Shown: positions 49,156-61,970, numbered from the stretch's first letter. The stretch is 64,000 nucleotides of DNA from Squalus acanthias (GCA_030390025.1 CM059438.1:61816001-61880000), one strand, 5' to 3'. Notes: generated by a model not told the origin, from the letters alone. Translations and numbers: made by a program.

Positions 49156-50420
49156 GTCCCAGTCCAGAGACTTGAGCACAAAATCTAGGCTGGTACTTCA
49201 GTGCAGTGCTGAGGGAGCGCCATCTTCTGGATGAGATGTTAAACCGAGGTCGCCATCTTCCCTCTCAGGTGAATGTAAAAGATCCCATGGCACTATTCAA
49301 AGAAGAGCAGGGGAGTTCTCCCCGGTGTTCTGGCCAATATTTATCCTGAAACTAACATCATTAAAACAGATTATCTGGTCATTATCTCATTGCTGTTTGT
49401 GCTGCGAGGAGGATGCCGAGAAACTCCAGTATGATTTGGACAGGTTGGGTGATTGGGCAGAAGCATGGCAGATGCAGTATAATGTGGATAAATGCGAGGT
49501 TATCCACTTTGGTGGCAAAAACAAAAAGGCAGATTATTATCTGAACGGCAATAGATTGGGAGAAGGGGAAGTGCAACGAGACCTGGGTGTCCTTGTGCAC
49601 CAATCGCTGAAGGTAAGCATGCAGGTACAGCAGGCGGTTAAGAAGGCAAATGGTATGTTGGCCTTCGTAGCGAGAGGGTTTGAGTACAGGAACAAGGATG
49701 TCTTGCTGCAGCTGTACAGGGCCTTGGTGAGACCACACCTTGAGTATTGTGTGCAGTTTTGGTCGCCTTATCTGAGGAAGGATGTTCTTGCCATGGAGGG
49801 AGTGCAGCGAAGATTCACCAGACTAATACCTGGGATGGCAGGAATGACGTACGAGGAGAGATTGGGTCGATTGGGCTTATACTCGCTGGAGTTTAGAAGA
49901 ATGAGAGGAGATCTCATTGAAACTTATCAAATTCTAACAGGGCTAGACAGACTGGATGCAGGAAGGATGTTCCCGATGGCAGGTGAGTCCAGAACAAAAG
50001 GTCACAGTCTAAAGATAAGGGGTAAGCCATTTAGGACAGAGATGAGGAGGAATTTCTTCACCCAGAGAGTGGTGAACCTGTGGAATTCTCTACCACAGAA
50101 GGCAGTTGAGGCCAAGTCAGTAAATATATTCAAGAAGGAGTTAGATATATTTCTTAAGGCTAAAGGTATCAAGGGATATGGGGAGAAGGCAGGTACAGGG
50201 TACTGAGTTTGGATGATCAGCCATGATCTCATCGAATGGCGGAGCAGGCTCGAGGGGCCGAATGGCCTACTCCTGCTCCTATCTTCTATGTTTCTATGTG
50301 GGACCTTGCTGTGCGCAAATTGGCTGTCGTGTTTCCTACACTTCAAAAGTACTTCATTGGCTGTGAAGCGCTTTGGGATGTTGGAGGTCATGCAAGGCGC
50401 TATATAAATGCAAGTTTTTC
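49102..50420 (+). mobile_element. DeuSINE split (49102-49400, 50297-50420) by a CR1
   Basis: SINE text CATTGCTGTTTGTG|...|TGGGACCTTGCTGTGCGC resumes after the CR1 tail. Confidence 0.88.
49401..50296 (+). mobile_element. Young 5'-truncated CR1 LINE with an uninterrupted ORF2 C-terminus
   Basis: Open frame from CEEDAEKLQYDLDRL to GYGEKAGTGY*, followed by a complete 3' tail. Confidence 0.96.
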
Positions 50421-50796
50421 TTTTTATAAATATATGGGGGCCAGATATCCTCAAATCCAATGGCAATTCCAGGATGCAACGTGGGGAGCAGGATGGATGT
50501 AGGAGTTCTGGTGGGACCTGGAAATGCCAGATCTCCAGTCAGAATCCTGCTGCCTGCCCAATTCGCAATAGGGTCTGGAGCAGGCAAAACCTCTATCTGC
50601 CCCAAACATAGCCCATGATGTAAGGGAAATGGGGCTGAGGGGTGAGAGTTCCCACGACGGGAATGGCCTTGGCCTCCTTACCATCCAGCGACATTGGCGT
50701 CGGGACGAACCCCACCGCCATCCCCCCACCACCCCCCGCCAGTTAAAAGGCGCAAGTGGGGACGACTAGGATCGCCAGGCCAGGTTCACGACCCAG

Positions 50797-51261
50797 AAAA
50801 GAAAGACTTGCATTTATATAGCGCCTTTCACGACCACCGGACGTCTCAAAGCGCTTTACAGTCAATTAAGTACTTTTTTGAAGTGGAGTCACTGTTGTAA
50901 TGTGGGAAACGCGGCAGCCAATTTGCACACAGCAAGCTCCCCCAAACAGCAATGTGATAATGACCAGATAATTTGTTTTTGTTATGTTGATTGAGGAATA
51001 AATATTGGCCCCAGGACACCGGGGATAACTCCCCTGCTCTTCTTCAAAATAGTGCCATGGGATCTTTTACATCCACCTGAGAGGGCAGACGGGGCCTCGG
51101 TTTAACGTCTCATCCGAAAGACGGCACCTCCGACAGTGCAGCGCTCCCTCACTACTGTACTGGAGCGTCAGCCTAGATATATGTGCTCAAGTCCCTGGAG
51201 TGGGACTTGAACCCACAACATTCGGACTCAGAGGCGAGTGTGCTACCCACTGAGCCACAGC
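50797..51261 (-). mobile_element. Full-length DeuSINE (SacSINE1-like)
   Basis: Complete tRNA head, Deu domain and tail on the minus strand. Confidence 0.92.
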
Positions 51262-51569
51262 TGAAGATTCCAGAAATGCAGCCACTGACACTATTAATTG
51301 GCCCTCCGAGAAAGATGTCCCCCCCACTAAAGCTGCTATCCAGGCCCACGTTTCCCAACCCCACTCCTCTATTGGGCACCCAAGATCTCCCAACACTGGT
51401 GCAAGCAGCTGCTGAAGGTGCGTAACCACCCCCTGACCCTGAATACTCCAGTGGGACCATGAACAGAGGTCACCAGAGCCCACTCCATCGTACCTACGCC
51501 GGTGGAGCTGAGGATTTTCGGAGCCTCCCCACAAACACACATTCATACCACAAGAACACTCACACACTT

Positions 51570-52112
51570 AAATTACATTGAATTACAAGCACAGAAACAG
51601 GCCATTCAGCTCAACTGGTCCAAGCTAGTGTTTATGCTTCACACAAGCCCCTTCCCACCTCTTTTCATCTAACCCTATCAACATAATCTTCTATTACTTT
51701 CTCCCTCATGTGTTTATCTAGCTTTCCCTTAAACGTATCTATGATAGTCGCCTCAATTACTCCCTGTGGTAGCTAGCGAGTTCCACATTCTAACCACTCT
51801 CGGGTTAAGAAGTTGCTCCTGAATTCCCTGTTGGATTTATTGGTGACTGTCTTATATTTATGACCCCTAGTTTTGGTCTCCCCCACAAGTGAAAACATTT
51901 TCTCTACGTCTACCCTAACAAACCCTTTCATAACTTTAAAGACCTCTATCAGGTCACCCCTCAGTCTTCTCATTCTGGAGAAAAGAGCCCCAGCCTGTTC
52001 ACTCTTTCCTGATAGTTATAACCTCTCAGTTCTGCTATCGTCCTTGTAAATCTATTTTTCAGTGCCTTTATATCCTTTTTATAATATGGAGACCAGAACT
52101 GTGCGCAGTACT
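51570..52112 (-). mobile_element. CR1 LINE 3' fragment
   Basis: RRLRGDLIEVFKVMKG...TRGHKYK. Confidence 0.9.
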
Positions 52113-53181
52113 CTTACATACCCACACACAAGCAAAAACCCTTCAGACCTACAGCCTGAAACTTACAAACATTTTCCAACCTGCCTCTTTCTCTGAGCAA
52201 ACAGCAATTAAACTCTGATTGATCTGAATTTACTTAACAACAATTAGACTTTGCAGCCTCAAAGTGACACAGCTCCACCTGTCCCCCTAGTCTATTTATA
52301 GTATACTTACTGACGTGCTTTCTCAGCGGGAACACTGGGCTGCGCTGATTATTCTTTAGATGTTCCCTAAAGCCAAAGAAATGAGTCAATGCAAAGCTTT
52401 AGAACCTGAGGTTTGGTTTTTCACCTGTGTAAAAAAATATAGTTTTTTTTGTTTCTAATATGATTCTCTAAAAGCATCCTAGAGACAGAAAGCACAAGTG
52501 TGAGATAAATACCGCATTCATGATGGGGAAGCATTGTGAGTATGCACAGGGCACATGACTGGGAAATACTGTAGGATGTACAGAGGCACACGATGGAAAA
52601 GTTGAGTAAAAAGCTGCTTTTTCCAAATAAATCCAACTGAGCACAAATTGGGCAAGTTCAGAAACTCTGTCCGGAATTGACACTTGGTCCTAGGGGTAAG
52701 TGATCAGTAATGGTCAGGGCTTGTCCTGGATTAGTGGCTCAGTCTTGTTCTACCTGAACCCAAGCTCAACCCAAAACTAGCCAAACTCAAAGCAAGGCTT
52801 GTCGTCCCATTGAACAGCAGCGTAATAACTTGGCTCGCGGACAAGTTCTTGAATGCTGCTCCGACTTCAGCTGTGGGAGATTGTGGTGCTGTCTGGTACA
52901 GTCACACTGCTAAATTCGAGAGGAGGATTATTGGGTTTGTCCCTAAGCCAATCTCACTTTCAGCTCCATTACAACAGTGACTACACTTCAAAAGTGCTTC
53001 ATTGGCTGTAAAGCGCTTTGGGACGTCCTGAGGTTATGAAAGGCGCGATATAAATGCAATTTCTTTCTTTCTATCTTTCTCTCCTTTCCTTATTTCCTTT
53101 CTTTCTTTCTTGTTTCATAATTCTGAAGCAAAGACAGTTTTCCCAGCCAATGAGACAGTGTATTGAAGTAGCTTCATACAA

Positions 53182-53704
53182 TTTTTTTTATTCGCTTATG
53201 GGATCTGGCTGTCGCTGGCAAGGCCAGCATTTATTGCTCATCCCTAATTGCCCTTGAGAAGGTGGTGGTGAGCCGCCTTCTTGGAACCGCTGCAGTCCGT
53301 GTGGTGAAGGTACTCCCACAGTGCTGTTAGGGAGGGAGTTCCAGGATTTTGACCCAGCGACGATGAAGGATCGGCGATATACTTCCAAGTCAGGATGGTG
53401 TGTGACTTGGAGGGGAACTTGGGGGTGGTGGTGTTCCCATGCGCCTGCTGCCCTTGTCCTTCTAGGTGGAAGAGGTCGCGGGTTTGGGAGGTGCTGCCGA
53501 AGAAGCCTTGGCGAGTTGCTGCAGTGCATCTTGTAGATGGTACACACTGCAACCACGGTGCGCCAGTGGTGGAGGGAGTGAATGTTTAAGGTGGTGGATG
53601 GGGTGCCAATCAAGCGGGCTGCTTTGTCCTGGATGGTGTCGAGCTTTTTGAGTGTTGTTGGAGCTGCACTCATCCAGGCAAGTGGAGAGTATTCCATCAC
53701 ACTC
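53182..53704 (-). mobile_element. 3' fragment of the 17411/20764 LINE family
   Basis: VMEYSPLAWMSAAPTTLKKLDTIQDKA...HHHLLKGN and the same tail. Confidence 0.92.
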
Positions 53705-53931
53705 CATGCAGTGGTGGGTTTACACACATTTCATGTGTAAGCACTGATAACCTCTCATTCCTAAAATGATTTCAACTGCACTCACACCAGCTTAACCACT
53801 TCAATCGTGTGAAGCTGATGTAAAATGAAAATAAAACTATCTGGGCCAGTGTAAGTAAATAAACTGAATTCTTCATTCATACCTATAGGTACTGGTGTCG
53901 ACTCTAACTATTTAGCCATTATCATCCAGGG

Positions 53932-54514
53932 TGAGACTGCTAAAGGGGATCGAGAGCAACTGAGGGATCCATTTTGTATTAAAAGCCCGAAGGTTAAAAA
54001 TCCGCGGAGCTTTGCTGGCAGGAGCAGTCTTCGTATAGGTCACAAACAGCCAAGACCTCGAGGTTAAACAATACATTGATTCCACTTAATTCTGAACTTT
54101 CTCACAATTCCTGCATGCTTAGAGACCATCTTACCTGTGGTATGGCCATCATAGGGTAGACTCTATGCTTTGCTTAAACACCAGCAGCTTCTGCTAGCCT
54201 CTGAGACCATTGATGATAGATGGTTGGATAGCCTGGATCTTCTTGATGGTGCAAGGTGTATAAAGGTCATGGAATGTAATGTAGTTAGAAAGATATAAAA
54301 AAAGGGGCGAGATTGTAACGCGAGGTTAGAAGATGAAGAAGAAGGAAGAGATCAGGAAAGTTGAGCTCAACTACTGTAACGTGTGATCTTCGACGTGTGT
54401 TGTCTGTGAGTATGTTTCTTTGAACCATTAATAAACTTGTAGCTGTTTGACTCCTGCATCTGGCACTCTCATTTCTGGTGCATAGACAAGGACTGTAGCC
54501 TCCGTCAATTCGCA
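53932..54514 (+). mobile_element. Probable solo LTR (583 bp)
   Basis: TGAGA...TCGCA termini, 5-bp TSD CAGGG/CAGGT (one mismatch), TATAAAA near 54295 and AATAAA near 54430. Confidence 0.6.
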
Positions 54515-54699
54515 CAGGTCTAGGCAGTGAGAGCTGGTTGGCTATTTGAGCATGAGATACATCACAGCTGAGCCCGATCCGGTCACCTCAAATCAACATA
54601 CCCACACACACTTTCCAGCAAGGGGTCAATGGGGAGCCATCTTGAACGGACATCTCCAAGGACCCTTGGAGCACCTTGTGCCGATCAGCCCACCTTGAG

Positions 54700-55198
54700 G
54701 TTAGAATCACAGAACCATTGAATCATAGAAATTTACAGCACAGATGGAGGCCATTCAGCCGAGCCTGCCTGCCCCGGTCGAAAAAGAGCTCTCCAGCCTA
54801 ATCTCACTTTCCAGCTCTTGGTCCGTAGCCTTGCAGATTACGGCACTTCAAGTGCATATCCAAGTACATTTTAAATGTGATGAGGGTCTCTGCCTCTACC
54901 ACCCTTTCAGGCAGTGAGTACCAGACCCCCACCACCCTCTGGGTGAAAAAAGTTCTCCTCAACTCCCCTCTAATCCTTCTACCAATTACTTTAAATCTAT
55001 GCCCCCTGGTTATTGACCTCTCTGCTAAGGGAAATAGGTGCTTCCTATCCACTCTATCTAGGCATCTCATAATTTTATACCCCTCAATTAAGTCTCCCCT
55101 CAGCCTCCTCTGTTCCAAAGAAAACAACCCCAGCCTATCCAATCTTTCCTCGTAGCTAAACTTCTCCAGTCCTGGCAACATCCTCTTAAATCTCCTCT
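54700..55198 (-). mobile_element. CR1 LINE 3' fragment
   Basis: YEERLDRLGLFSLEQRRLRGDLIE...GYGPRAGK. Confidence 0.92.
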
Positions 55199-55220
55199 GT
55201 TAATTAACTCTGTGTTGTAC

Positions 55221-55654
55221 CTTAATGAAGAGGTCACCAGTCGCAGGGTGGCAGAAGGCGAGTGCTGAAGTAGAGGGTTATCATGCCCAATAAAATAGGA
55301 TGACATATGATAGAGTCTCCTTTCAGGAATACGTGAAGTGAGAGCCTTCGCCTGACTCAGCATCATCTGGAGCCTGTTCATCTCGTCGTGTCTCATGACG
55401 TCGGGCCCACGAGGCCGTTCTTCTTTCCTGAGGCCCAGTTCCGAGAACAAAACCTCTCGGTGTGTTCCTTTGGGAGAGGGAGGAGCTGCGTCTCCTTTAG
55501 CGCCGTCACCATCACATACTTTCGTCGATGCCTTGATTCTATAAGCGCCGCTGCTGGTACTAAACGTGGTTTGAAGATTGCGACCTCTGGGTGTTTCATG
55601 GTTGCGGTCCTCAACAGCAGAGGAATCAACTGGCAGAGTGATCACAACCTTCAT
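55221..55654 (-). CDS. Candidate first coding exon of the STPG3-like gene (MKVVITLPVDSS...LVTSSL)
   Basis: Non-repeat open frame of ~145 codons with acceptor tttctttctttcttgaaag| (exon start 55665) and ATG at 55654. Donor TTAAG|gtacaa (phase 2) matches the 48939 acceptor. No homology recognised. Confidence 0.5.
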
Positions 55655-55994
55655 CGATGGGCTGGCTTTCAAGAAAGAAAGAAACATTATGGTCACAAAC
55701 CTGCTCATCTCGTACTGACCAACAATTCTTAGCCTTCCAGTTGAAGAAGACAAAAGGAAGAACGATCGTGCATGGGGAGTGGGGATTTTTTTCCCCCTCT
55801 TTTGGGATGCGGCGTCAGAATCAAATGTTCCCAGATCAGATACAGCATAAATTCAATTCAATTATGCTCTCGTTACTCTGGCCCAATAACTTGGCGGTAG
55901 AACCTCCTACCACACCAGTATGACAGTTCTGTTTCCAATAACAGCCATTCCAATGGCCTAGTTACGCAGAATCATGGGCAGTTAAGTACTGTAG

Positions 55995-56520
55995 ACCCAC
56001 GGAAGATTAAGGGGTGGTCGAATTGAGGTGTTTAAGATGATTAAAGGATTTAATAGGGTAGACAGAGAGAAACTATTTCCTCTGGTGGGGGAGTGCAGAA
56101 CAAGGTGACATAACCTTAAAATTAGAGCTAGGCCGTTCAGGGGTGATGTCAGGAAAGGGTATGGTGGAAATCTGGAACTCTCTCCCCCAAAAATCTGTTG
56201 AGGCTGGGGGTCAATTGAAAATGTCAAAACTGAGATTGCTAGTTTTTTCTTAGGTAAGGGTATAAACGGTTACAGAACCAAAGTGGGTAGATGGAGGTAA
56301 GATACAGATCAGCCATAAGCAATATTCCCTTTAAACTGCGCGGTCACGCAGTCCCGCGCAGCCGGTGAGCCAGCTTTTAAATTGAAAAAAAAAGGCGCAT
56401 GCGCGGACTTTTGAATGGGCCCGCAGCCTGAAAACAAATTACGGGGAATATTGGCCATGATCTGATTGAATGGCGGAACAGGCTCGGGCTGAATGGCCTA
56501 CTCTGGTCCTATGTTCCTTA
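55995..56520 (+). mobile_element. CR1 3' fragment containing a hAT MITE
   Basis: AGATTAAGGGGTGGTCGAATTGAGGTG...; the tail resumes after 56453. Confidence 0.85.
56320..56453. mobile_element. hAT-type MITE (134 bp)
   Basis: TIRs CAATATTCCC / GGGAATATTG and 8-bp TSD GCCATAAG/GCCATGAT. Confidence 0.75.
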
Positions 56521-57245
56521 CCCACTAGAATTTGGCTTGAGACTGCCACAATCTCAGTCACCCCTACAGCCCAAGGAGATTGGAACTCAGGCCCTGACAC
56601 GACAAAATAACAGGGTAGGGTTTCTGGCAGGGTCCTCCCGATCATCCACCGTGACTTCGGCAGAAAACTCGGAGAGACGGCGTTATGGCGGGCGATCAGG
56701 AGAACTCACACAGAAATTCCAGGAAATCTGCCAGAATGAAAGCCTTAATATGATTCGGCATACCAACTGTTGCAGTGGGACTGAGCGCCGCAGACTTCCA
56801 AGTGTGGAATGCCCTGGCATCCTGCAGCAAAGCTGAGCGCTGAGCAGTCGGGTGCGCATTGCTACATACGCTCTTCACGCACATACAGATCCCACTTTAC
56901 CAAAGACAGATCAGAGATGCTGACTTGGCTCAGTGGTAGCACTCTCACCTCTGAGTCTTGAAGGTCAGGGGTTTAAGTCCCACTCCAGAGTTTTGAGCAC
57001 AAATTAAATTAGACTGGACAGTACAGAGAGAGTAGGCCATTCAACCCCTTGAGCCTGTTCCGCCATTCAATTAGAACATGGCTGATCTGTATCCTAACTC
57101 AATCCACCTGCCTTGGCTCAATATCCCTTGGTTAGTAAAAATCTATTGATTTCAGACTTTAAATGATTAATTGAGCTAGCATCTACTGCTTTTTGTGGGA
57201 AAGAGTTCCACACCCCCTTTGTGTGAAGAAGTGTTTCCTAACTTC

Positions 57246-57548
57246 ACAGAATCCCCACAGTGCAAATAGAGGCCATTTCGGCCCATCGAGCCTGCACCGA
57301 CACATATCCCACCCTATCCCCGTAACCCCACGTATTTAATCCCCCTAACACTAAGGGTCAATTTATCATAGCCAAATCAACCTAACCCGCACATCTTTGG
57401 ACTGTGGGAGGAAATCGGAGCACACCCACGCAGACACGGGGAGAATGTGCAAACTCCACACAGACAGTCAGCCGAGGCCGGATTCGAACCCGGGTCCCTG
57501 GCGCTATGAGGCAACAGTGCTAACCACTATGCCACCGTGTTGCCCACT
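57246..57548 (-). mobile_element. V-SINE (HE1-like) inserted in CR1
   Basis: Same head and V-domain as 17819; 7-bp TSD TAACTTC. Confidence 0.9.
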
Positions 57549-58560
57549 TAACTTCTCTCCTGAACTCACCTGAATGGCCTGGCTCTGATTTTAAGATTAT
57601 GTCCCCTTATCCTAGACTCCCCCACCAGTGGAAAAAGTTTCTCTCTATCTACCCTTTATATCCTAGCCCTCTAGATATCAAGGCTAACATTCCATGAGCC
57701 TTTTTGATTATTTTTTGTACCTGGCCACTGCATTTTAGTGATCTGTGTACATGGACCCCTAAATCTCTTTGGACCTCCACTGTTCCTAGTTTTACGCCAC
57801 TTAAAAATATTCAGATCTATTCTTTTTTGGTCCAAAATAGATGATTTCACACTTACCTGCGTTGAAGTCCATCTGCCACAGTTTTGCCCACTCAATTAAT
57901 CTATCAATGCCTCTTTGTAATTGTATGCTCCCGTCTACACTACACTACTTGGATATATGGCTCTCAGTTGGGTTATCTAAGTCATTAATAAATATAGTGA
58001 ATAGTTGAGGCCCCAGCACAGATCCTTGTGGGACACCACTAGTCACTTTGTTCCAATTTGAGTACATGCCCATTATCTCTATTCTTTATCTTCTATTGCC
58101 TAAACAATCTCCAAACCAGGTCAATAATTTGCTTTCAATTCCATGTGCTTTAATTTTAGCTAAGTCTATTATGTGGAACATTATCAAATGCCTTCTGGAA
58201 GTCCATATAAACTACATCTATAGACATTCCCCTGTCTATTACTTCAGTCACTTCCTCAAAAAATTCAATTCGGTTCATTAGACATGACCTACCCTTTACA
58301 AATCCATGTTGGCTCTCTCTAATCAGCTCAAATTTCTCTAAGTGCTCAGTCACTCTGTCCTCAATTATAGATTCCAATAACTTCAACAGATGTTAGACTA
58401 ACAGGTCTATATTTTCCTGGTTTCTTTCCCTCACCTTTCTTAAATAAGCAATTTTCCAATCTATAGGGACAATTCCTGGATCCAGAGAGCTTTTGGAAGA
58501 TTATGTTGAAAGCATCTGCAATTTCCTCACCAACTTCCTTTAAAACCCTGGGGTGGAAGC

Positions 58561-58678
58561 AGCGCTCTGTGGCTCCCGGCTTTTAAATAGAAGAAACCGC
58601 GCAAGGGCCGTGTTTAGAATGGGCCACGCAGCCCCTTGAACGGGCTGTGTACCCAAAAAGAAGTTAAAGGGAACATTG
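58561..58678. mobile_element. hAT MITE related to 56320, left TIR lost
   Basis: Ends GGGAACATTG; 8-bp TSD GTGGAAGC/GTGGAAAC. Confidence 0.6.
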
Positions 58679-59219
58679 GTGGAAACCATTAGGTCCTGGG
58701 GAGTTTGTCAGTCTTTCGTGCCATTATTTTTTCTCGTACTGTTTTCTTGCGTGCGTTAACTTTCCTAAGTTCCAGTCCTTGATTCATTATTAGTTTCCCT
58801 GGAATGTCAGGTATATTATCCTCTTCCTCTACTGTGAAGACTGACAAAGTAATTATTCAGCAAGTCTGCCATTTCCACATTTTCATTTGCAATATTACCC
58901 ACATCTGATTTTAAAGGACCCACATTACCCTTGACTACCCTTTTTCTTCTAATATAAATGTGAAACTTCTTGTGTTAATCTTGATATCCCTCGCACGTTT
59001 CTTTTCGTATTCATTATTGCAGCTCTTACTATCCTTTATGTCTTCCTTTGCAGGGAGTGCTGCGCTGCCGGAAGTGCCGTCTTTCAGATGAGACATTAAA
59101 CTGAGGCCCTGTCAGATGGGTGTAAAAGATGCCGTGGCACTATTTTAAAGAAGAGCAGGGGTGTTCTCCTGGTGTCCTGGCCAATATTTATCCCTCAACC
59201 GATATCACTAAATCATATT

Positions 59220-59948
59220 GTGCTCGAGTTTCTGTTTGTTTACTCTAGTAATATCAGTGCAGTCTGGGCGGACTCGGCCGAACCAGCGCAGAAGATCTGG
59301 GAATTTTAAACGTGAGTGAGTTACGCCCAAAACCACTTATCTGTTTTTTCCGCCATCTTTTACGGTGGTTCAAGATACAATTATCCCGGATCAGTTCCCG
59401 ATCACAAAACTTGCAGGTCAACATTGCGAGATTCCACTGATTGCCCTGGTTCGGGAAGGCTCTTCAAATTGTGCTCATTTTTTTAGGCGCACAGGCACGA
59501 GTTGGCACGTTTTTTCATATCAAAAAATATTTAATTTACAAAGAAACGGACTAGTGTACACCAATGAAACCATTAAATGGTTCAGTATAGTTTTTTAAGT
59601 CATTTTAAATCAGGTTACTCACAGGTGGAGGACTGGATAATTATTAAAAATTATTATTTTTGGTGATAAACCCATTTGCAGCTGTATTAATAAAACTGCA
59701 CCAGGTTACCACTCTTAAATACATCAAGGAATACGTTGTAATGGAAAGAAAAAAAAAAGTAACGATTACGTTCTATTGCGCTGCCCGATTGCGCTGGTTC
59801 ATGGAAGATTTTGCGTTGGTGATTATACAAATTAATATTATCGGAAACTTGAACTGTAACCGAACTAGTGCAATTTCGAACGCATTTTGGGTGGAATTTC
59901 CCAATTACGTGGAATTTCCCAATTACGCCCAATGCAGGAACTCTACCC
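59220..59948. mobile_element. Probable Harbinger-type MITE
   Basis: Degenerate TIRs GTGCTCGAGTTTC / GAACTCTACCC and an AT-rich core; interrupts the SINE. Confidence 0.55.
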
Positions 59949-60047
59949 TGGGATCTAGTCATTTATCTCATTGCTGGTTGTGTACAGATTGGCTGTCGTG
60001 TTTCCCTACAATACAACAGCAACAGCACTTCTGAAGTACTTCATTGA

Positions 60048-60905
60048 GTTGTGAGGAGGATGCAAAGAGGCTTCAAGGCGATTTAGACAAGTTGAGTGAG
60101 TGGGCAAATACATGGCAGATGCAGTATAACGTGGATAAATGTGAAGTTATCCACTTCGGTAGGAAAAACAGAAAGGTAGAGTATTATTTAAATGGTGATA
60201 GATTGGGAAATGTTGACGTACAAAGGGACTGAAAGCAAACATGCAGGTGCAGCAAGCAGTTAGGAAGGCAAATATTGCAAGAGGATTTGAGTACAGGAGC
60301 AAGGATGTCTTACTACTGTTATACAGGGCCTTGGTGAGACCACACCTGGAGTACTGTGTGCAGTTTTGGTCTCCTTACCTAAGAAAGGATATACTTGCCA
60401 TAGAGGGAGTGCAGCGAAGGTTCACCAGACTGATTCCTGGGATGGCAGGACTGTCGTATGAGGAGAGATTGGGTCAACTAGGCCTGTATTCACCAGATTT
60501 TAGAAGAATGAGAGGGGATCTCATTGAAACGTATAAAATTCTGACAGGGCTAGACAGACTGGATGCAGGGAGGATGTTTCCCCTGGCTGGGGGGTCTAGA
60601 ACAAGGGGTCACAGTCTCAGGATACGGGGTAGGACATTTAGGACTGAGATGAGGAGAAATTTCTTCACTCAGAGGGTGGTGAACCTGTGGAATTCTCTAC
60701 CACAGAAGGCTGCGGAGGCCAAGTCACTGAATATATTTAAGAAGAGATAGATAGATTTCTGGACACAAAAGGCATCAAGGGGTATGGGGAGAGAGCAGGA
60801 ATATGGTATTGAGATAGAGGATCAGCCATGATCAGATTGAATGGCGGAGCAGGCTCGAAGGGCCGAATGGCCTACTCCTGCTCCTATTTTTCTATGTTTC
60901 TATGT
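60048..60905 (+). mobile_element. CR1 LINE 3' fragment
   Basis: CEEDAKRLQGDLDKL...LYRALVRPHLEYCVQFW and tail CTATGTTTCTATG. Confidence 0.95.
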
Positions 60906-61051
60906 TTGGCTGTAAAGTGCTTTGGGACGGCCTGAGTTTGCGAAAGGCGCTATAGAAATGCAGGGTTTTTTCTTCTTTCTTTCTACATAGCATTGCTCAC
61001 AGAGGGCAAATAAAAGACAAACAACAAAAGGCCTTGCTTGAAAGATTTTAC

Positions 61052-61207
61052 CTTTCACTCCGACAGTTGGTGTAGCGGGTGGCTCGTGTGATGCTGGTCG
61101 ATTTTTAAATGTGAATCCTTAATGTCGCGATGAGGTGTTTACAGGTCTGTTCGGCAAGAATCCCTGTTGCTCGGCTACTTCATTCATGTGGTATCCAGGG
61201 GCGGAGC
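61052..61207 (-). promoter_or_regulatory. Candidate promoter and non-coding exon 1 of the STPG3-like gene: RFX X-box (61166-61178), GC box (61198-61207), donor after 61052
   Basis: GTTGCTCGGCTAC fits the X-box pattern and GGGGCGGAGC an Sp/KLF site. CpG-containing non-repeat sequence with GAAAG|gtaaaa donor and no ATG between X-box and donor. Confidence 0.5.
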
Positions 61208-61502
61208 CGGTCATTGCTGCGACATCATTCTCAAGTTACCCAGTATCGGAGTAGGCTTCTCATCAAATGATTTCCTCACAGCACATTGCATAAAGTATAA
61301 TTGCTCAGCGGTTTGCAATTTATTTCCTCCTAAATTAGCAACAGATTAATTGTATTGCACAATTTAAAAACAAAGTTTCACCGACGCACATTTTCAGAGA
61401 GGCCTTGGAATAAATTCAATCCCAACTCCCCCTGATTAAATGTACTTCAGCGGGGTGGTAGAACGCAGGTTTGTGCCAGTGGTACCCCCCGGGAAAGAGG
61501 AA

Positions 61503-61970
61503 TAGCAGGAATGACATATGAGGAGAGATTGGGTCGATTGGGCTTATACTCGCTGGAGTATAGAAGAATGAGAGGGGATCTCATCGAAACATATAAAATT
61601 CTGACAGGTCTGGACAAACTAGATGCAGGAAGAATGTTCCCGATGGTCGGAGAGTCCAGAACCAGGGGTCATAATCTAAGGATAAGGGGTAAACCATTTA
61701 GGACAGAAATGAGGAAGAATTTCTTCACCCAGAGAGTGGTGAACCTGTCCAAGTCTCTACCACAGAAGGTAGTTGAGGCCAAGTCATTAAATATATTCAA
61801 GAATGAGTTAGATATATTTCTTAAAGCGAAAGGTATCAAGGGATATGGGGAGAGGGCAGGTACAGGGTACTGAGTTTGGATGATCAGCCATGATCTCATC
61901 GAATGGCGGAGCAGGCTCGAGGGGCCGAATGGCTTACTCCTGCTCCTATCTTCGATGTTTCTTCTATGTT
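61503..61970 (+). mobile_element. CR1 LINE 3' fragment (same subfamily as 49401)
   Basis: MTYEERLGRLGLYSLE...GYGERAGTGY*. Confidence 0.95.

Larger units (their letters stand above)
57021..59050 (-). mobile_element. Degenerate CR1 LINE (RT region)
   Basis: KLLESII...SQHGFVKGRSCL...VYMDFQKAFDNVPH, with tail at 57025-57090. Confidence 0.9.
56925..60970 (+). mobile_element. One DeuSINE broken into four pieces (56925-57020, 59051-59217, ~59955-60047, 60906-60970) by nested insertions
   Basis: The pieces are collinear with the intact SINE consensus seen at 38737. Confidence 0.75.

Noticed and set aside
49325..50206. 293-aa ORF as a host gene
   Set aside because: It is a CR1 ORF2 C-terminus fused by chance to SINE sequence with a GTG start.
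54135..54240. Minus-strand exon with a strong CAG|GTAAGA donor
   Set aside because: All three frames contain stops and it lies inside a probable solo LTR.
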